Assembly (NCBI GenBank): GCA_964574595.1
Contig: CAZNOF010000008.1
Coordinates: 15 to 64,014, forward strand
Length of the DNA stretch: 64,000 bases
Source of the DNA: an uncultured Pseudomonadales bacterium
GTDB lineage: Bacteria > Patescibacteriota > Microgenomatia > UBA1400 > PJMF01
Direction: 5' to 3'
The notes beneath the pieces were generated by a model. It saw only the letters and a list, made by a program, of their open reading frames with translations. It was not told the DNA's origin and searched no databases. Position numbers and translations under genes: made by a program. This document shows positions 50,348 to 59,337 of the stretch, piece by piece (within the stretch, counting starts at the first letter, position 1; each line of letters begins with the position of its first letter).

Positions 50348-50425
50348 TGTACGATCATGGTCTAGTGGTGCGCAATGCATCCAACAGATCATTTCACGAT
50401 TGTTTTGTCTAGTAAGTTGTCTGGT

Positions 50426-50842
50426 CTATCGCGGCTTCAGGTTCACAAAAGCAGTTTGCACCTTCTCTACCATAGCAGCGTAGTAACGATGAGTTGTGGT
50501 CAACGAAATAAGCCGGCGTTGAGCTTCAACTGTTTCATCGCCCGTAAAGCAACGAATATTGTTGCGATATTGTCGTTCCCACGTGGTAAACTGGCGGTCG
50601 CGATCACCGTAGGCTCGCATAATACCAGTTTTGTTGAACTTCTTGTCCAAGCCAAGCACTGAGTGGTCATCGACCACTGCCGCTTGAATTTTCGATTGCT
50701 GTGTTTCAATTTTGATTGCCAGCTCAGCCGCCTTTTTATGGTCTTGTGCCTGAGTAGCATCAAATTGAGCAAGTTGCAAAGTTTCTAACGTGTCATACAG
50801 CGCCTTATATTGGTCAACCGTAAATGAGGTGGAAGTAGCCAA
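50426..50842 (-). CDS. hypothetical protein (138 aa), islet paralog B
   Basis: GGAGA RBS 5 nt upstream. Candidate extended -10 TGGTATAAT on the minus strand at 50901-50909. Aligns with the 51050-51478 product (TVDQYKALYDTLETL / TVTEYVALHKELEGL; DDHSVLGLD / DPFDVLGVP). Confidence 0.55.
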   Translation of the reverse strand: MATSTSFTVDQYKALYDTLETLQLAQFDATQAQDHKKAAELAIKIETQQSKIQAAVVDDHSVLGLDKKFNKTGIMRAYGDRDRQFTTWERQYRNNIRCFTGDETVEAQRRLISLTTTHRYYAAMVEKVQTAFVNLKPR

Positions 50843-51049
50843 TTTCTATTCTCCAGAGAACATAATTATTTTAAAGGACGAAACTTAACGAGACAGGGAT
50901 ATTATACCACTTGTTATAGGACGAAGTGTAATAGGTGTGTAGATATGAAAAGACCAGTCCTTTTGAGACCGGTCTCCTGCAGTGTTCGATTAAGAGCAGC
51001 AATCATGCGCTTGGCAGATGCTGACCTTTCTTCGAGTTGGTTGGTTTCG

Positions 51050-51478
51050 CTAGGCAGCAGATGCTGACAAGGATTGCAGCGCGTAACCGAGATGGCAACG
51101 CATGTTCGTCGCTAGCATGACGCCGGTGTTGGCCGTAACTGCCCGCTCACGATCCTCGTCACGCTTGGAGCCCTTGAAGTTCCCGAAGTCGCGGCTGTGA
51201 ATACTCAAGCTTGCTTGGTACTCTTGCAGCTTGGCGGAATAAGCGGCTGATATTGTGTCAGCAGACGCATCATACGGGACGCCAAGGACATCAAACGGAT
51301 CAAGTTCGGCGCTGGCAATGTCGGCTTCAACAGCAACGATGTGCTGCTGTATGCAGCCCCCTTCTTTCAGGGCGGCAATTCGCAATCCTTCAAGTTCCTT
51401 GTGCAATGCAACATATTCAGTTACAGTTATCACTTTGTCTCTCCATGAATCTATAAAGGACAAAAAAGAACTAACCAA
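51050..51478 (-). CDS. hypothetical protein (142 aa), islet paralog C with a J-domain-like helix I/II motif lacking HPD
   Basis: DPFDVLGVPYDASADTISAAYSAKLQEY matches the J-domain consensus DYYEILGVxxDASxEEIKKAYRKLA, but HPD is replaced by IHSRD. Local GC is 55-62% (33/60 and 37/60 counted). Confidence 0.55.
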   Translation of the reverse strand: MVSSFLSFIDSWRDKVITVTEYVALHKELEGLRIAALKEGGCIQQHIVAVEADIASAELDPFDVLGVPYDASADTISAAYSAKLQEYQASLSIHSRDFGNFKGSKRDEDRERAVTANTGVMLATNMRCHLGYALQSLSASAA

Positions 51479-51521
51479 ACCAGAGGAGATTATACACCCG
51501 CTTTTTTTTAGCTGAGAAGAA

Positions 51522-51794
51522 CTATTTTGTGGGCTGGCCAGTTGGCTGGCTGAACTGAACGTGCATGGAGATATCGAGCTGTGTTTTATACCAACCTAAG
51601 AGGTACATACCCACAATAAAGAGGCTGCCCAAGGCAATCACGATTAGGAATGCGTTTTTGGCAAAGGAAGGCGATTCTGGCTCTTCAAGAGCGGGAGTAA
51701 TGTACGCTTGCACGGGTGTCTTAATCTCTGACACTGGCATTTGAGGTGCATTTATTTGTGGTGGCGCTGGAATTTGTGGTTGTGGCTGTTCCAT
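51522..51794 (-). CDS. small proline-rich single-TM membrane protein (90 aa)
   Basis: MEQPQPQIPAPPQINAPQMP... then AFLIVIALGSLFIVGMYLLGWY helix. Stop lies 2 nt from the P-type ATPase start (co-transcribed). Confidence 0.45.
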   Translation of the reverse strand: MEQPQPQIPAPPQINAPQMPVSEIKTPVQAYITPALEEPESPSFAKNAFLIVIALGSLFIVGMYLLGWYKTQLDISMHVQFSQPTGQPTK

Positions 51795-51796
51795 GT

Positions 51797-54364
51797 CTAA
51801 ATTGTCTTTACTACATAATCTTGGCTAATACGCTCTTTGATATGAAAATAAAATTTCTTCTTTAGCCATTCTACAATTAAAAAGTAGGTAATGATAAGCA
51901 CGGCGAGCAAACCGTAGTACTGTGCTGGTAATCTCACAAACTGAAAGACCTCTGCCAACGGGCTAATTGGCAAGAGTAAACCAACCGAGATAATCACAAA
52001 CATACTCAATACCAAGAAACGACTGGCCTTGCTTTTCAAGAACGGTACTTTACTCGTTCTAATGCTAAACAAAATAAACGACTGTGTCAGTAGGCTTTCC
52101 ACAAAAACACCAGTTCTAAACATCTCAGGCGTTGCTCTAAGGGCAAACAACAAAATGGCGCCAGCAATTAAATCAAAAAATGAACTCACCGGTCCAAAAA
52201 TCAGCATAAACCGCTGAATAAACTTGATATCCCAACGATGTGGCTTCCTCAGCTCTTCTGCATCAACATGATCACTTGGTAAAGCGAGTTGAGAGGCATC
52301 ATACAGTAAGTCGTTTAAAAGTAACTGGATTGGCAGCATTGGGATAAAAGGCAAGACAATGGAGGCGACCGCCACACTTAACATGTTTCCAAAATTAGAA
52401 CTTGTCCCCATCATGATGTACTTCATGATATTAGCGTGGGTTTTTCTGCCTTCAACCACACCGTCTTTTAAGACATGCAGATCCTTATGCATCAAAATCA
52501 AATCCGCGCTTTCCTTGGCTACATCAGTGCCCGTATTGACGGAAATGCCCACGTCAGCAGTTCTGAGTGACGGCGAATCATTAATTCCATCACCCAAGAA
52601 GCCAATCACTTCATTCCCCTTCTTTAGGGCTGCAATAATTCGGCGCTTATCTTCCGGAGAAAGGTCAGCAAAAATTGTGGTTTGACGAGCTTTCAAAAGC
52701 AGGTGAGGTTCATTTAAATGACGCATTTCGGCGGCGGTTAAAATGCCTTTAACTTCCAAATTCAGATCCTGACAAATCTTGGCGGTCACGTACTTGTTGT
52801 CCCCAGTTAGAATCTTGATCTCAACTTTGTGTTGCTCGAGTAGCTTTAATGCCTCGCCAGCAGAAGCTTTGGGCTCATCTTTGAAGAGTAGGAGCCCTTC
52901 AAATATCATCTTATCTTCTAAATGCATCCCAAATTGGCTGACACCCTCCACATCTTTGGTCGCCACAGCCAAAACCCGAATTCCTTTTTTATTCAGTTCT
53001 GTAATCCGATCGCTGACTTTCTGTCTCAAACGTGAGTTCATGGGAACTAAGCGATTTTTATCTCTAGCACTGCTACAGACTGTCAAAACTGATTCTGCCA
53101 TGCCCTTCGTGATCAACTGCTCCGCCTTCCCGTGTTTCACAACTACTGAGACTCTTTTTCGATGGTAGTCATACTTAATTTCATGAACCTTTTGAAATTG
53201 AGAAACCTTAAGATCCGGATTATTAGCCAGAATAGCTAAGTCTAGAAAGTTACGGATGGTGGTTTGAAAGGTACTGTTCAGCCAACCATAATCAAACACG
53301 GCCTGCATCGGCTTTTCGTTCATATCTTCAAACCCATTCAAAGTAATCTTGCCCTCAGTCAGAGTGCCAGTTTTGTCAGTACACAGCACATCCATACTTC
53401 CGAGGTTTTGAATTGCTGCTAAGTCTTTGACGACCACACCTTTTTTGGACATCCGCATGGCACCTTTTGACAGCGTGACCGTAATGATCATTGGTAAAAG
53501 CTCAGGTGTGAGGCCAATCGCAATTGCTAAGGCAAATAGAAAGGATTCCAAGATATCGTGTTTAAAGAAAGCCAATGTGAAGAAGACAAACAGCACAAGG
53601 GCGAAGGTGACTTTTAACAGAAAATATCCAAACTGCTCAACGCCTAGCATGAACTCTGTCTTAGGTCTTGATTGAGAAAGAGATTGTCCTATCAATCCAA
53701 GTTGACTACTCCTGCCAACTCTCGTCACAACAGCCAGACCTTGACCACTCACTACCAACGTTCCTAAAAAGACAGAATTCAGTTGCTCGCTGACTGGTGT
53801 AGAAATTTTTTCAATTCTTGTCGATTTTGCTTGAGGCGCAGACTCTCCTGTCAAGGTTGACTGATCAATCTGCAGTTCACTCTCAGAAATAATTCGACCA
53901 TCGGCTGGCACAATATTTCCGGGAGCTAAAACAAACACATCTCCATACGTTAAGTGTGACGCGGGAATCGTCGTTACCACCCCATCTCGATAAACGTTTG
54001 CCGACAGTGAGACTCGCTTTTTGAGCTTCTCGGCAATATTGTTGGCTTGAAATTCTTGAAAGAAATCTAAGAAAATACTCATCAGTAAAATTACAGCGAT
54101 GATCAAAGAGCTGGTCACTTCACCTAAAAAGGCAGAAATTGCATTGGCAAAAAGGAGAATGATGATTAAGGGATTTGCAAACTTGGAGAGAAGTAGTTTC
54201 CAAACTGGTTTTTGTTTGACTTGGACTTCATTTTTTCCGTACAAAAGCGCTCTACGCTCGGCTTCAACTTGTGACAAACCAGTCTCTGTAGAAACATACT
54301 CTTTGAGGAGTTGAGGCAGTGGAATAGACCAAAATGGCTCAAGAGTAAATTGAGGAATCCGCAT
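51797..54364 (-). CDS. P-type cation-transporting ATPase (P2/P3-type, MgtA/Ca-ATPase-like)
   Basis: ICTDKTGTLT (phosphorylation motif), TGDN, GDGINDSPSL hinge motif, 10 predicted TM helices; 855 aa. Confidence 0.85.
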   Translation of the reverse strand: MRIPQFTLEPFWSIPLPQLLKEYVSTETGLSQVEAERRALLYGKNEVQVKQKPVWKLLLSKFANPLIIILLFANAISAFLGEVTSSLIIAVILLMSIFLDFFQEFQANNIAEKLKKRVSLSANVYRDGVVTTIPASHLTYGDVFVLAPGNIVPADGRIISESELQIDQSTLTGESAPQAKSTRIEKISTPVSEQLNSVFLGTLVVSGQGLAVVTRVGRSSQLGLIGQSLSQSRPKTEFMLGVEQFGYFLLKVTFALVLFVFFTLAFFKHDILESFLFALAIAIGLTPELLPMIITVTLSKGAMRMSKKGVVVKDLAAIQNLGSMDVLCTDKTGTLTEGKITLNGFEDMNEKPMQAVFDYGWLNSTFQTTIRNFLDLAILANNPDLKVSQFQKVHEIKYDYHRKRVSVVVKHGKAEQLITKGMAESVLTVCSSARDKNRLVPMNSRLRQKVSDRITELNKKGIRVLAVATKDVEGVSQFGMHLEDKMIFEGLLLFKDEPKASAGEALKLLEQHKVEIKILTGDNKYVTAKICQDLNLEVKGILTAAEMRHLNEPHLLLKARQTTIFADLSPEDKRRIIAALKKGNEVIGFLGDGINDSPSLRTADVGISVNTGTDVAKESADLILMHKDLHVLKDGVVEGRKTHANIMKYIMMGTSSNFGNMLSVAVASIVLPFIPMLPIQLLLNDLLYDASQLALPSDHVDAEELRKPHRWDIKFIQRFMLIFGPVSSFFDLIAGAILLFALRATPEMFRTGVFVESLLTQSFILFSIRTSKVPFLKSKASRFLVLSMFVIISVGLLLPISPLAEVFQFVRLPAQYYGLLAVLIITYFLIVEWLKKKFYFHIKERISQDYVVKTI

Positions 54365-54378
54365 GCAATAAGTATATA

Positions 54379-55608
54379 CTATTTGCCATCGTAAAATGTG
54401 AATTGGCCATCTTTATAGATGATTTTTTCTTCACCATTTTTTAATTTTGCAGTGACTATCCGGTCAGTGGTAGAGATGATGTCTGTGTGCTCCGCAGAGT
54501 GATTAAATCCTCGTTCTGCCCACTCTTCGGCCGTGATATCTGCTGGATTTCCGCGGAAACAGTCGTGATAGGAACGACCAATTGCTAAGTGAGTATTTCC
54601 AAATGGTCCACTAATATTCTCGTCAAAAAGCGTCTCCGCCATTACATGCGTAATTCTCGACATCCGTTTGTCAGTCAATGAGTACTCGCCAATTTTGTTG
54701 GCATTCGGTGTCTTCAACATTTCTGAGAGTAAAGCCTGACCCACTTGTGCCTCGGCTTTGACTACCAATCCATCTTTAAACTCTAATCGAACGTCTTTCA
54801 TGACCTGGCCGTAGCGGTAAACTGGTTGATTGAACTTAATCCACCCGTAAGTTCCTCGCCAGTCTGGAGAGGTGAAGATTTCAAAACTTGGTACATTACG
54901 ACCACTACCACCATTCCAAACTCGGTCACTTCCCAACTGAATATGCAAATCGGCATCAGCACCTTGGACGTGCAACCATTGAATGTCCATATCATTCAAG
55001 GTCTTTTTAATAAATTCTTGAGAAGCATTAATTTGGCGCCATTCTGCCACTGGATCGGCCTTATCTAGATAACAAGCTTCAATGATTTGCTGCCAATATT
55101 CCTCGAGCGGTAAACCCACTTCATCGGCCTTTGCCTGCGTTCCCCAAAGACCAAGCGTCCAAGTGAATTTGCCTTGATTTTCTTTCAAATTGAGCCACTC
55201 CATATAAGGGCTCTTAGAACTTAATGCCTTCATGATTTTCTCTGGCAAAATATCTTTCAGTTCATCAGGATAAACATCAGCAATAATTGAAATATTGTGG
55301 TCCAAAAGATCCGTTCTCGCTTTGAGATAATCGGTCGGAAAGAAGGTTAATTGGTCATCATTGGCATTTTGGAAGAAATCATGATCGAAGCCCGTTGGAA
55401 TCAACCGGATCATGGGATGCGCGCCTGCTTTTAATAACACATTTTGGAGCGCCAGTGCCAAGGGCTTGGCAATATCTGGCACATTGCACTGGACTACTTC
55501 GCCTGGTTTAACACCTTTTCCGGAATTGAGAGCAAAATTGACGAGCAAATCAGCATATTTATAGAGAATTTCCTGGCTAGGAATAAAGCCTGAGATCGTA
55601 TTCGGCAT
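54379..55608 (-). CDS. aminopeptidase, M29 family (AmpS/aminopeptidase T-like)
   Basis: 409 aa. N-terminal EILYKYADLLVNFALNSGKGVKPGEVV and overall similarity to thermophilic-type aminopeptidases, recalled from memory. Confidence 0.6.
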   Translation of the reverse strand: MPNTISGFIPSQEILYKYADLLVNFALNSGKGVKPGEVVQCNVPDIAKPLALALQNVLLKAGAHPMIRLIPTGFDHDFFQNANDDQLTFFPTDYLKARTDLLDHNISIIADVYPDELKDILPEKIMKALSSKSPYMEWLNLKENQGKFTWTLGLWGTQAKADEVGLPLEEYWQQIIEACYLDKADPVAEWRQINASQEFIKKTLNDMDIQWLHVQGADADLHIQLGSDRVWNGGSGRNVPSFEIFTSPDWRGTYGWIKFNQPVYRYGQVMKDVRLEFKDGLVVKAEAQVGQALLSEMLKTPNANKIGEYSLTDKRMSRITHVMAETLFDENISGPFGNTHLAIGRSYHDCFRGNPADITAEEWAERGFNHSAEHTDIISTTDRIVTAKLKNGEEKIIYKDGQFTFYDGK

Positions 55609-55622
55609 ATCTGGAATCTTTC

Positions 55623-56210
55623 TTACTTCTGGTCTAAATAGTTCTTTAACTTTTCAAGAGCTCGAGAGCGATGACTTAGGTTATTTTTTACTTCTTGGCC
55701 CAGTTCAGCAAAGGTTTTTGTATACCCGTCTGGGATAAAAACCGGATCGTAGCCAAAACCATCACCATTGGTAATTTCTTCAGCGATTTTTCCGTCTACT
55801 CGACCCTCGAAAAACGTTGAAGTGTTCAACTCTGGATCATATAAACAAAGTACCGTAATGAAAGCTGCCGCACGATCGTCTTTCCCTTCCATTTCACTGA
55901 GCAACTTCACATTTCGATCATGATCACTGCCAGGAGCATATCGCTTTGAGTAAACCCCGGGTCTACCACCTAATGCGTCAACACTTAGTCCGGAATCGTC
56001 TGCTAAGGTAAGCATCAAGGCCACTCGACTGAAGGCAATCGCTTTGAGCTCAGCATTCTGCTCATAGGTTTCACCCGTCTCCTCAACATCAAAGTCCACA
56101 TCAATTCCAACATCAATCGGAGTGAGAATTTTGTAGTCGCTGTTTGAAAGAATCGCCCGAATTTCGGCCAATTTGCCTTGATTTTGAGTTGCAATCAACA
56201 GCTCTGGCAC
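55623..56210 (-). CDS. rdgB: non-canonical purine NTP pyrophosphatase (RdgB/HAM1)
   Basis: LLIATQNQGKLAEIRAIL (ATxNxGKxxE motif); 195 aa. Confidence 0.85.
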   Translation of the reverse strand: MPELLIATQNQGKLAEIRAILSNSDYKILTPIDVGIDVDFDVEETGETYEQNAELKAIAFSRVALMLTLADDSGLSVDALGGRPGVYSKRYAPGSDHDRNVKLLSEMEGKDDRAAAFITVLCLYDPELNTSTFFEGRVDGKIAEEITNGDGFGYDPVFIPDGYTKTFAELGQEVKNNLSHRSRALEKLKNYLDQK

Positions 56211-56215
56211 AGGAA

Positions 56216-56503
56216 TTATCCTTGACCGCCACCCAGCATGCCGCCGAGTCCACCAGTCATTTGTTGTAATTTCTGAGCTGCCATTTCTTGAGATTTTTTA
56301 ATTGCACGATTTAAAACATCAATCACATCTGGACTACTAATGCCTTGAACTGAAAGTTCGACCACTCGTTGATCACCAGTGATAACCACACGAATATCGC
56401 CTTCTTCAAGCACAATTTGCTCTGATGCGAGTTCTTGCTGCATCTGTTTTGCTTGCTTGCGCAGCTGGTTAATGTCGCCTAATGCTTTGAATGGATTTGC
56501 CAT
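56216..56503 (-). CDS. ybaB: nucleoid-associated protein YbaB/EbfC
   Basis: 95 aa. MANPFKALGDINQLRKQAKQMQQELA...GGLGGMLGGG. Conserved position immediately downstream of dnaX. Confidence 0.85.
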   Translation of the reverse strand: MANPFKALGDINQLRKQAKQMQQELASEQIVLEEGDIRVVITGDQRVVELSVQGISSPDVIDVLNRAIKKSQEMAAQKLQQMTGGLGGMLGGGQG

Positions 56504-56554
56504 ATTGCTCCTACTTTTGTATCTATTTATTACCTTGAATTAGTCTCGATTGTA

Positions 56555-58222
56555 CTACACCAAGATATCCTTGGCGAGTTGGAGTAAATGATCTTCTTCG
56601 TTTACTTGACCAGATACAGTCGACATCTCTGCGCCTGGTTTTGCCTTCTGCGCGAGTACATACTCAAATTGAACATACCCACCGAGTAAAACCTTGACAC
56701 ATTCATCAATAATGACACCAAATTTGGCCTGTTGGAGCTGTTCTTTATGAAATTGGTAATAGACCTCGACTTGCGCCTTACCATCCGGCGTAACCCTTGG
56801 AGTAGATGAACGGAATAACGCCTCAAGAGTGAGGTTTCGCTGGCGTAGTTGAAGTAAGAATTGATTCCACTGAGCTATCAAGTCTGTAGCTGGCTTAGGA
56901 TCATTCTGCGAGACCACCTCCTCAGCTTGAACCTGCTGAATCGTAGGGAACTCATAGTCGACCACCGCCACAGGAACTACATTGGCAATTTCATCAAAGT
57001 TCTCAGCCAAAACTTCCAAAGACGTAACTGATTTCTGGTTTGGAACATCGGCCTGCATACTAGGAGAGGTTGGGACGACTGGCTTTTTTGGTAAAGCTGA
57101 TGGCTTGGCTGGTGGGTTTTCTTTGCCACCATCTCGCTCTTTGGCTTTAAAAACAATTTCTAAACTTTTTAGTTCTAATGATAGGAAAGGAATACTGGCT
57201 GCCGTATCAATTGGTAAATAGTGAAACTGAAGCAGAAGATAATGACTAATTTTCGCCGGAACGAGTACTTTTGGGTCGGTTGGGGCTGTCACAGAAAGCA
57301 GTAACTGTTGGTGCAAAAATTGCAGCCAAGATCGATAGAAATACTGCTCATTCACTTGCTCTTTACGCAACTGGGAGAAAAAGTTCACTACGCCCTCGGC
57401 ATTTTTCTGAGAAATCACTTCCACCAAATTGAGCATCTGTTTCCCGGAACTCAAATGAAAGATCTCTTCGATATCCTTTTGAGCCAGCTTTTTCTTACCC
57501 GCGGAAACTTGCTCAAGCATTTTGACCGCATCACGGAAACTTCCCTCAGCTAATTTGGCTACTTGTGAGACGGCTTCAAGCTCATACTCAATTTTCTCAG
57601 CGGCCAAGATTGCTGTCAGCGCAGCACTCAACTCTGCCTCAGAAGCAGTATGGAAGCGAATCACGGTGGTTCTAGAGATGACAGTCTCAGGTAACTTGTG
57701 CAATTCGGTCGTGGCCAAAATAAAGACCACATGAGCAGGCGGTTCTTCGAGCAACTTTAGCAAAGCATTGAACGCTTCGGTCGTTAACATGTGAACTTCG
57801 TCCAAAATGTAAACTGACACCTTGCCCTCTTGCGGTGGTAAAAAGACTCGCTCTTTTAACTGACGAATATCATCAATGCCACGGTTACTGGCGGCATCTA
57901 GTTCTTGGACCGAGAATGAGTTACCGCGTTGGATACGTTGGACAATGTCCGCTGTGATGTCAGGTTCATGTAATGTGACTTGTTGTGGCGTCTCGCCAGC
58001 TTTGGCAAAAAAGAGCTGATCTACGGCGGCTGCATTTTGCGGGTCATTGAGAATGGCGCTAATGATTCTGGCGGCTGAAGTTTTGCCCGTGCCTTTTGGG
58101 CCAGCAAATAACAACGCATGAGGGAATTGCTTACTCTCCAGGAGGCGCAACAACTGTGCTCGAACATCAGTTAAATGAAGTCCGGCCAATTGGGTTGGTC
58201 GATATGTACGGTACCAAGACAT
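56555..58222 (-). CDS. dnaX: DNA polymerase III subunit gamma/tau
   Basis: GPKGTGKTSAARIISAIL Walker A, VYILDEVHMLT Walker B/DExx, clamp-loader AAA+ layout; 555 aa. Confidence 0.9.
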   Translation of the reverse strand: MSWYRTYRPTQLAGLHLTDVRAQLLRLLESKQFPHALLFAGPKGTGKTSAARIISAILNDPQNAAAVDQLFFAKAGETPQQVTLHEPDITADIVQRIQRGNSFSVQELDAASNRGIDDIRQLKERVFLPPQEGKVSVYILDEVHMLTTEAFNALLKLLEEPPAHVVFILATTELHKLPETVISRTTVIRFHTASEAELSAALTAILAAEKIEYELEAVSQVAKLAEGSFRDAVKMLEQVSAGKKKLAQKDIEEIFHLSSGKQMLNLVEVISQKNAEGVVNFFSQLRKEQVNEQYFYRSWLQFLHQQLLLSVTAPTDPKVLVPAKISHYLLLQFHYLPIDTAASIPFLSLELKSLEIVFKAKERDGGKENPPAKPSALPKKPVVPTSPSMQADVPNQKSVTSLEVLAENFDEIANVVPVAVVDYEFPTIQQVQAEEVVSQNDPKPATDLIAQWNQFLLQLRQRNLTLEALFRSSTPRVTPDGKAQVEVYYQFHKEQLQQAKFGVIIDECVKVLLGGYVQFEYVLAQKAKPGAEMSTVSGQVNEEDHLLQLAKDILV

Positions 58223-58228
58223 ACACTC

Positions 58229-58621
58229 CTAATCGTCGTGATGATAGCCTAACAGGTGCATCAAGCCATGTTCTACAAAAAAACAAATTTGATCGTCTAC
58301 TAACTTACCAAACTTCCTGGCATTGTTGACTGCCTCTGGGAAACTCACCACGATATCCCCTAAATGAGGCGGCAAGCCTTCTGGAAGCGGGAAATCGTTC
58401 AGCTGATGGCGTTCGTGTTGCGGAAATGAAAGGACGTCCGTCGTACCTTCGTGTTTCAACTTTGATTCATTCAGTTCTTTCATTTTTCGCTCGCCAACAA
58501 TCGAGACATCCACTTGTGCGGAAGTGAGCTGATTTTCCGCTAAGACGCGTTCTACAGTTTGCCGAATTTTCTTTCTGTTAACTAAATATCTTGACTGGAC
58601 GAATAAATTTACTTGAATCAT
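58229..58621 (-). CDS. ybeY: rRNA maturation endoribonuclease YbeY
   Basis: HGLMHLLGYHHDD (H3xH5xH zinc motif); 130 aa. Confidence 0.85.
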   Translation of the reverse strand: MIQVNLFVQSRYLVNRKKIRQTVERVLAENQLTSAQVDVSIVGERKMKELNESKLKHEGTTDVLSFPQHERHQLNDFPLPEGLPPHLGDIVVSFPEAVNNARKFGKLVDDQICFFVEHGLMHLLGYHHDD

Positions 58622-59334
58622 ATTTTTAAGTGCAAATCCAAGAGACCGAGGCCAACTTTGTTTTCTGGATCATTCACCAAAAATACAAAAACTCTCCCCT
58701 GGCTTTTAGTGTCCCAAACCGCGAGCTGTCTGATGATTTCTGGTGAACCACCAAATTGATGTTGAATCCAATCACTTGGACCCAGATCACCAACACTCGC
58801 CACAATCGCTTTTTCATGAAAGGGATTAATGACTACTACTTTACGATATTTATACCACGTTTTTAAAGCTTGCGAATTTGTACTCCATTCTGGTAGTAGA
58901 TCAATTTGCAAAGAGACAAAATATTTTTCTCGTTCGATAGCAGCAGGAGTTAGTTGCCCCATTTCTGTAAACCACCCAAAACTACTGCGCTTTTCCGAAA
59001 TTCCGGCCTCCTGAGCAGCTGCATGATCTTTCAGGGTGTCCTGCGGGTGACGTTTCAAATGTGGCAATGCTTCAAGTGCACCCAAGGTATGTGGCAAGTG
59101 ATACCCATCAAGTTCGCTACTCACCTCGAAACCGAGTAAGTCAGTGAGCTGCTGTTCTAAATAAAGGCTTTGCTCTCGAGGCAAATTGCCAGCGGGCAGT
59201 TTGACAGTGGTACAAAGCTTTTCCATGATGGACCGATGCTCCTCAACGGAAATCCACTGCTTCACTTGGTTCGGTTGAGGCGGAGCTACTGGCAAAGGTC
59301 CATTGGACTGAGAGACATCAACCATAATAAGCAC
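58618..59334 (-). CDS. hypothetical protein (238 aa)
   Basis: Intact ORF with a 4-bp overlap to ybeY. No motif recognised. Confidence 0.5.
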   Translation of the reverse strand: MLIMVDVSQSNGPLPVAPPQPNQVKQWISVEEHRSIMEKLCTTVKLPAGNLPREQSLYLEQQLTDLLGFEVSSELDGYHLPHTLGALEALPHLKRHPQDTLKDHAAAQEAGISEKRSSFGWFTEMGQLTPAAIEREKYFVSLQIDLLPEWSTNSQALKTWYKYRKVVVINPFHEKAIVASVGDLGPSDWIQHQFGGSPEIIRQLAVWDTKSQGRVFVFLVNDPENKVGLGLLDLHLKI

Positions 59335-59337
59335 TTT

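Noticed and set aside
50945-51067. 40-aa plus-strand ORF (MKRPVLLRPVSC...) in the islet spacer
   Set aside because: It is too short, has no RBS, and overlaps the stop region of paralog C. The hairpin there is more plausibly an RNA element.
50426-51478. Diversity-generating retroelement (template/variable repeat) explanation for the tandem paralogs
   Set aside because: The similarity lies in the N-terminal and central parts, not in a C-terminal variable region, and there is no reverse transcriptase anywhere in the window.
1897-53168. Numerous 60-130-aa antisense or overlapping ORFs inside large genes
   Set aside because: All lie entirely within longer ORFs that have clear family signatures and carry no RBS or motif support; they are treated as shadow ORFs. 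Examples are 1897-2244, 4263-4472, 9381-9738, 14863-15117, 21786-22155, 31916-32290, 33771-34157, 42380-43016 and 52029-53168.
56504-58300. SRP RNA (ffs) upstream of dnaX, as in many bacteria
   Set aside because: ybeY, not an RNA gene, sits immediately upstream, and the short spacers show no SRP domain-IV-like hairpin.
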